The notes under the pieces were generated by a model, which was not told the DNA's origin, searched no databases, and was given only the letters and a program-made list of their open reading frames with translations. A stretch of 64,000 nucleotides of DNA from an uncultured delta proteobacterium (GTDB lineage: Bacteria > Myxococcota_A > Polyangia > Polyangiales > Houyiibacteriaceae): positions 1,472,001 through 1,536,000 of the forward strand of contig CAVOVB010000001.1 in the NCBI GenBank assembly GCA_963699755.1. The letters run 5' to 3'. Position 1 is the first letter of the stretch; every line of letters starts with the position of its first letter. The position numbers and the translations under genes are program-made. This document shows, one piece after another, positions 58,907 to 64,000 of this stretch.

Positions 58907-59180
58907 GTGAAACCCGCACTCTGGCTTGCCGAGCTGACGCTGAATGAGCTGCGTGCGGAGGGCAGTGCCCTTCGGCAACGGGTTTCGAAGGGGGAGAGGC
59001 TCGACCAATGGCCTCGGCTTCCACCCGCGGTGAAGCAGGAACCGGTCGTGCGCGTTCCCGAACACTTCGTGATGATCCGCCGGGCGTTCGCCGCACTCGG
59101 TGGGCTGACCGTGCAGTCGCCACCGACGATAGAGATCCTGCGGTTCACGCTGCCGATAGTCATGGTGTCGCTCTCCTGCG
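58907..59180 (+). pseudogene. Possible remnant of the C-terminus of an ABC1/UbiB atypical kinase
   Basis: EPVVRVPEHFVMIRRAFAALGGL resembles the ABC1-family C-terminal helix; no kinase core upstream. Confidence 0.35.
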
Positions 59181-59268
59181 CCAAGCGGCATCGCGCAAGG
59201 CAGCGCGGCTGCTTTCGCGCAACCCCGAGAAGGATCTTTGTGTTATGGGTGCGGCTCGAGGAGCAGTC

Positions 59269-60024
59269 ATGGCTGATGAACCTCTCATAGCGGTCTTCGT
59301 CGATTTCGAGAACTTGGCGATCGGGGCCCAGGTGACGGATTCGGGGCGGTTTCAGATCGAGCTTGTGTTGAAGCGATTGCTGGAGAAGGGGCGCATCGTG
59401 TACAAGCGGGCGTACTGTGACTGGAGTCGCTACCAGGGCGCCGTGCGCGAGTTTCACACACAGGGCATCGGCCTGGTCGACATACCGCAGAGCCGGATGA
59501 GTGGGAAGAACAGCGCGGACATCCACATGGTCGTGGATGCGCTCGACCTCTGTTACTCGAAACAGCACATCGACACCTTCGCGCTGCTCTCCGGTGACAG
59601 CGATTTCTCCCCGCTGGTCAACAAGCTCAAGGAGAACGACAAGCGCGTGATCGGAGTCGGGGTCAAGAAGTCCACTTCCGACTTGTTGATCGCAGGCTGT
59701 GACGAGTTCATCTACTACGACGACTTGGTGCGGGCGGCGAAGCCAAAGGCCCCTAAGCCGCGGGGCGCCAAGAAGACGACCAACAAGAAGGACGAGGCGG
59801 TGGACGTGTTCGTGGAGATCGTCGAGTCGTTGCATCAAGACTATGACACCCTATGGGGCTCGATGATCAAGCAAGCTCTGAAACGCGTGCATCCGGGCTT
59901 CAACGAGAGCTACTATGGATACCGTGGCTTCTCGGACCTGATGAAAGACGTCGAAAGCCGCGGGTTGATCACGCTCGAGTACGACCCCGACCGCGGGAAT
60001 TATAAGGTCGAACCCAAGCGCTAG
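59269..60024 (+). CDS. NYN-domain (LabA/DUF88) protein with C-terminal OST-HTH/LOTUS
   Basis: FVDFENL, AYCDW, GKNSADI, SGDSDFSPL, CDEFIYYDDL; PGFNESYYGYRGFSDL. Confidence 0.92.
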   Translation: MADEPLIAVFVDFENLAIGAQVTDSGRFQIELVLKRLLEKGRIVYKRAYCDWSRYQGAVREFHTQGIGLVDIPQSRMSGKNSADIHMVVDALDLCYSKQHIDTFALLSGDSDFSPLVNKLKENDKRVIGVGVKKSTSDLLIAGCDEFIYYDDLVRAAKPKAPKPRGAKKTTNKKDEAVDVFVEIVESLHQDYDTLWGSMIKQALKRVHPGFNESYYGYRGFSDLMKDVESRGLITLEYDPDRGNYKVEPKR

Positions 60025-60391
60025 CCGATGCCGACGGCTCGGCGTGAACGTTGCCGCGCAAGTCGGCCGCCATCTTCTAATAGCGCCACGGACTTGCGCA
60101 TCTAGTCGGGTCCAGCCATCGGATTGGCGCCACCAGAGGGCGCCCTCATGGCGACGCCGACATCCGAGGCTATGAAGCCGGCGAGCGGTGCTTTCCATTC
60201 TCTCCGAGGGTGCTCGGAGCCAATCGCAGGCCGTAGCGGTCCATTTCCAATTTGCCTGGGATGCGGGACGGTTCCTGAGTCTGCGCCACACGCCGTTTCA
60301 GGGCGAAAAGCGACGAATCGTGGAGGGTTGGGGGTTTCGTTAATCCAAAGCTCCGCCGGCGGCGTAGCAGCAGGAGAAGGAGAAATTCGTC

Positions 60392-62545
60392 ATGTTTTCG
60401 ACTGTTGCATCATCCGCCCTGAACGACCGACTTCTGGCGGAGGTCGCGAGCTCCGCTGCCCTCCGGGACCCGACCCCATTGATCTACGGCACACTGGCCG
60501 CGCTCACGTTCGTCTGTCTCGTTGCCGCACAGCTAGCCACCAAGACCTCCGTGCGAGCCTTCGCGCTGCCATTGCTGTTTGGCATGCTGGTAATCGGCTG
60601 TGCCGGCGACGGCAGCGCCCTGATCGCCAACAGCGAGGAGTACCTCGACAGCCTACCGGACTACCCGGAGCCCGAACCCGCCTACGACCGCGCGCTGGAC
60701 GGCGCGGAGTTCGAGTACGGCAGCGACCAGGTTTGCAGCAGCACGACCTACGAGATCAATGACGCTCCGGCAGAGGTCGTGATGTTCAACACGGATCCTC
60801 AGGTGTTCTGGCCCGGTGCTCTGATCCAGGGAGACAGCTACGAATCCGGCAGCCCGCTTCTGCTTCCTCTCGCGAACAGGGCGCCGCTCGACCTTTCCAT
60901 TCAGGGCCTCTACGCTGACCAGAGCGCCGCGTTCGACGTTCGTCCCACGCAGAGCGAGGTGAACCAAGCCGTGCAGGCGCTTCTCGCCGAAGCGGTGCAT
61001 AGCGGGACGCCGAGCACGCAGGGCGTCTTCTTCAATCAGAAAGAGGCATACAGCTTCGAACAGGCGGCCCTCAAGCTCGGGTTCTCGGCCCGCTATCTGG
61101 GTGCGCGAGTCAAGGGCTCGCTGAGCTACAAGACCAACAGCGAACAGAACACGATCGTGGCCAACGCGACGATTCGAACGTTCACGGTGTCGGTCGACCA
61201 GCCGCCCAGTCCGAGCGCGTTTTTCGAAGGCTTGAGCGCCGAGGAGCTCGACGAGCAGGTGGAGCTCGGCCGCCTCAGCGAGGAAAATCTGCCCGTCTAC
61301 GTGGCAAGCGTGACCTACGGGCAAATCATGATGTTCTCGGCCAGTTCGAGCTCGTCGATGCGCGACTTGCGAGGTGCCCTCGCGGCCAGCTTCAGCAGCT
61401 TCGCGGGCGGCGCCGCGGCCAGCCTGAGCGAGGCTCAGCAGAAGCTCTTGCAAGAATCCGAGATCACGGTCGTCACCCTCGGCGGCAGCGAGCAAGGCGT
61501 CGCGAACCTGATTCGTGAAGGCAAGCCAGCCGAGTTCTTCACCGGCACGACGGTCGTCACGTCCTCGGTTCCGATCGGCTACACGCTCAAGGACCTCCAC
61601 GGCAACGTAGTGAAGGTGGGTGAGAGCAGCCAATACGACCTCACGACCTGTCAGCCGAATGGCTTCGCAAACTTCTACGTGACGAATGAGGGCGGCCGGC
61701 AAGGCGACGGCTCGGTGACCGCGTACTACGTGGATGGAAGCGAATCAGAGCTCGCCGAGCCGATCGAGGCGCTCCATGCGCCACAGAGCATTGCCTACGA
61801 CAGCCTCAACGACTCGATACAGGTGCTTTCCTCCCATGATGGCGTGCCTCATGTGGGCATCTACGAGGCCAACGGCGTTCCGTCAGAGGAGCCGCGCTAC
61901 CGAGTGAACGGCGGCACACGCGGGATCGCCTATGACTCGAACCACGCGCGCATCTATGCCGTGGGCAACCTCAGCAGCGAGCTCATCGGTCGCGTCATGG
62001 AAGCCTATAACCCGAACGGAGAGCCTCTCCGGATTCAGTTCTGGACCGAAGCGGGCTCGCCTGGATACCCGGTTGCCTACGCCGCCGCCTACGACACGAA
62101 GCGAAACCGGATCTACGTGACCATCGAGCCCATCGTGAGCTGTGCACCGCCAGGTCCCGACTGTGGTGCGCCGAGCGAGGTCGTGGCCTTTGATTTCCAA
62201 GGCGCCGAAATCGAGCTCGAGGGTAGCTTCGAGGGGCTCGGCTCACCGCGTGGCATCGCCTACGACCCGCATCTCGACCGCATCTACGTGAGCGACCGGT
62301 CGACCGACGAGGTCAAGGTCTTCGATGCGGAAGGCAACTCCATCGAGCTGCCCACCCCCATCGAGAACCTGTCGGGACCTCAGGGCCTGCACTTCGACAC
62401 CACCCACAACCGCCTGTACGTGGTGAACCATGATAGCAGCGTGATCACCGCGTACGAGCCCGATGGAACCCCGGCACAAGGACTGGCGCTGCCAGCCTTC
62501 CCGAACCTCAATCGCCCGACATCGATCGCATATCGACCGTTCTGA
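60392..62545 (+). CDS. Thiol-activated cytolysin-like (CDC-like) membrane-anchored protein with C-terminal beta-propeller
   Basis: FWPGALIQG, RAPLDLSI, PSAFF, PVYVASVTYGQ, VTLGGS, VPIGYTLKDL; then about 6-7 repeats of P.GIAYD...RIYV. AGGAG 9 nt before the ATG; lipobox-like VIGC. Confidence 0.85.
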   Translation: MFSTVASSALNDRLLAEVASSAALRDPTPLIYGTLAALTFVCLVAAQLATKTSVRAFALPLLFGMLVIGCAGDGSALIANSEEYLDSLPDYPEPEPAYDRALDGAEFEYGSDQVCSSTTYEINDAPAEVVMFNTDPQVFWPGALIQGDSYESGSPLLLPLANRAPLDLSIQGLYADQSAAFDVRPTQSEVNQAVQALLAEAVHSGTPSTQGVFFNQKEAYSFEQAALKLGFSARYLGARVKGSLSYKTNSEQNTIVANATIRTFTVSVDQPPSPSAFFEGLSAEELDEQVELGRLSEENLPVYVASVTYGQIMMFSASSSSSMRDLRGALAASFSSFAGGAAASLSEAQQKLLQESEITVVTLGGSEQGVANLIREGKPAEFFTGTTVVTSSVPIGYTLKDLHGNVVKVGESSQYDLTTCQPNGFANFYVTNEGGRQGDGSVTAYYVDGSESELAEPIEALHAPQSIAYDSLNDSIQVLSSHDGVPHVGIYEANGVPSEEPRYRVNGGTRGIAYDSNHARIYAVGNLSSELIGRVMEAYNPNGEPLRIQFWTEAGSPGYPVAYAAAYDTKRNRIYVTIEPIVSCAPPGPDCGAPSEVVAFDFQGAEIELEGSFEGLGSPRGIAYDPHLDRIYVSDRSTDEVKVFDAEGNSIELPTPIENLSGPQGLHFDTTHNRLYVVNHDSSVITAYEPDGTPAQGLALPAFPNLNRPTSIAYRPF

Positions 62546-62820
62546 AGGAGGAAGAAACCCTCCAGCGCACCGGCCCCGATGCGCCAAGAGGCAGATTCGG
62601 TGCCCCGCTGCCAGCACCGACATCAAGATGAACGATATGCGCAGTTTTTACGCCGAGCTCGCGGCACGCGCATGGCCTGCGCTCCCTTTACTCTGGAATT
62701 CCCAGGGAATCTAGCCCCGAGGCAGGCACGCGAATTGCAAATCCCAATCCGCTATGAGCGCTCCACTCTCTGCTTGGGCATGCGGTCGTCGACCCGAGCT
62801 TCTCGCCGGGGCACAGGCCC

Positions 62821-63532
62821 GAGCGCGGCGCGGCAAGGCTTACGCTTGCGGGAAATGTCCTAAGCTACGCGATCGAGGTCGAGAACCTTACGTCCGGCGA
62901 CACGATCAAGTCCGGACACGTCTACACGGGCGGGGCCTCGGATGACGGGGCGCTGACGGGAGCAGGGAGTGTGACCTACCTGCAGGTCACTTCCGAACAA
63001 GCGACAAGAGGGCTCTTGCGCGGGCAAATTGGGTCGGTGTCCGTGGGGCCGGAGGGCGGGGTCGTAACCTTTCCAAACGGTGTGACCCTGGACATTCCCG
63101 CCGGCGCGCTTGCGGAGAGCGTCGAGATCAATGTGAGCGACGTCCCGATCGACGAAGTCGACGCGATGATCGCCGCGCGGCGCCTCGACGTCGACGCTCG
63201 CCACGGTCTGGGGCTGGCTCGGCGCGGAGATCATCGAGGACGACAGCGGCGTGCCCCCGCACGCCGAGGTGGCGATGGATCCCAACGGCAACGCCATGGC
63301 GGTGTGGCGGCAAACGACTGACACCATCCCGTACATCGACGACATCTGGTCCAGCCACTACGACGCCGCCACCGGGCAATGGGCCGAGCCCGAGCTCGTG
63401 GATACCAACGACGGCGCCGCTGCTGCCCCCCGAGGGACCATGGACGAAGATGGCAATGCCATCGCGGTCTGGCGGCAGCGGGACGACGCCCGCGAGCACT
63501 ACGACATCTGGGCAAACCGCTGGGCACGGTGA
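62821..63532 (+). pseudogene. Mosaic of secreted-protein fragments (CHRD-like, ZU5-like, beta-propeller repeats)
   Basis: Start-less frame GAARLTLAGNVLSYAIEVENL..SGHVYTG, then VGPEGGVVTFPNGVTLDIPAGAL; after a frameshift near 63200, two (V/T)xMDxxGNAxAVWRQ repeats and an early stop. Confidence 0.55.
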
Positions 63533-63665
63533 CCGATCCTTCGAGCCTTCACCTGCGTTGGTGACGGCAAAAGAGGCACAAGCCAGGCAAGGCTTCGGCC
63601 TGCGCCGCGCGCAGTGCGTGCAGCTCAAGCTCAGGCCCGACGCTATGTGGGACTGAGACCCTCAC

Positions 63666-63892
63666 TCAGGTTGCATGTCGCGTGTAGCGATGATGCAGCC
63701 CGCCCACCATCGGGATGGCGATGACCTGGTCGAGGCATCCCCGCCGAAGGTCCCGATCACGCGCTCGCAGAAGGCATTCTGCCGCGGGGACCGGGGAGCG
63801 GTCACGACCTCTTCGATTCCCATCGCAGGCACGCAACTAACGAAGGTCGCGCCCTAGCTCTTGTCTCGGGCCCGAATGAGATGCTTTGCGGT
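63666..63892 (-). mobile_element. Degraded integrase-core (rve-type DDE) transposase, 3' remnant
   Basis: Minus strand reads KHLIRARDKS*GATF..MGIEEVVTAPRSPRQNAFCERVIGT, frameshift, RRGCLDQVIAIPMVGGLHHRYTRHAT*. Confidence 0.85.
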
Positions 63893-64000
63893 CCGCGTTG
63901 GCCCGCAAGGTTCTTTCGAGCTCCCGGCCCTTTCCTTGGGCACCCGACGCGAGATACGAACTAGATAGGCTGAGATCCCTCGACTTCGGCCTGATCGCGA

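Noticed and set aside
58600..59838. 412-aa minus-strand ORF
   Set aside because: Antisense to the NYN-domain gene, which has clear motifs.
59269..60024. NYN protein as immunity or antitoxin partner of the cytolysin
   Set aside because: It is a widespread cytoplasmic LabA/DUF88 protein 367 bp away, with no evidence of coupling.
60025..60391. Long intergenic region before the cytolysin as a riboswitch or ncRNA
   Set aside because: No recognisable conserved motif or convincing structure by eye; an Rfam search would be needed.
62628..62714. Short ORF MNDMRSFYAELAARAWP resembling a methyltransferase N-terminus
   Set aside because: Too short and too weak a resemblance to call.
63675..63857. 60-aa plus-strand ORF
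   Set aside because: Reverse-strand shadow of the transposase remnant.

Overview
High-GC, gene-dense bacterial DNA, most likely from a Myxococcota (Polyangiales/Sandaracinaceae-like) genome. This placement is inferred from a MYXO-CTERM protease, a zinc-ribbon/TPR protein, a PilZ-like protein, a Ser/Thr kinase and a Lys/Ala-rich histone-like protein. Positions 1-55.2 kb are mostly core genes (phoH, cysK, SMUG1, pyk, uvrC, zapA, cdd, purine nucleoside phosphorylase, rplU-rpmA, tRNA-Ala(GGC), ribF, xseB, pdxH, gpsA, hom) mixed with signalling, envelope and transport genes. The most unusual elements are: (1) a tightly coupled minus-strand operon encoding a sterol-desaturase/tandem-rhodanese fusion, a GH113-like hydrolase, a Tat-exported sulfite dehydrogenase fused to its own cytochrome c, and PdxH; (2) a membrane-anchored CDC-like (thiol-activated cytolysin) protein whose domain 4 is replaced by a beta-propeller; (3) an acyl-ACP-reductase-like fusion next to a fatty-acyl-reductase-like SDR, gpsA and an acyl-CoA dehydrogenase; (4) a lipoprotein-PDZ protein ending in a degenerate NuoH-like membrane domain; (5) a TatT-type TRAP locus with no P subunit in the window. 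Many genes have a -10-like hexamer 6-9 nt before the start codon, suggesting leaderless mRNAs. The last ~8 kb is a decaying accessory region with five pseudogene remnants around two intact genes. No rRNA or CRISPR array was seen. All calls come from reading motifs by eye; no database searches were run.
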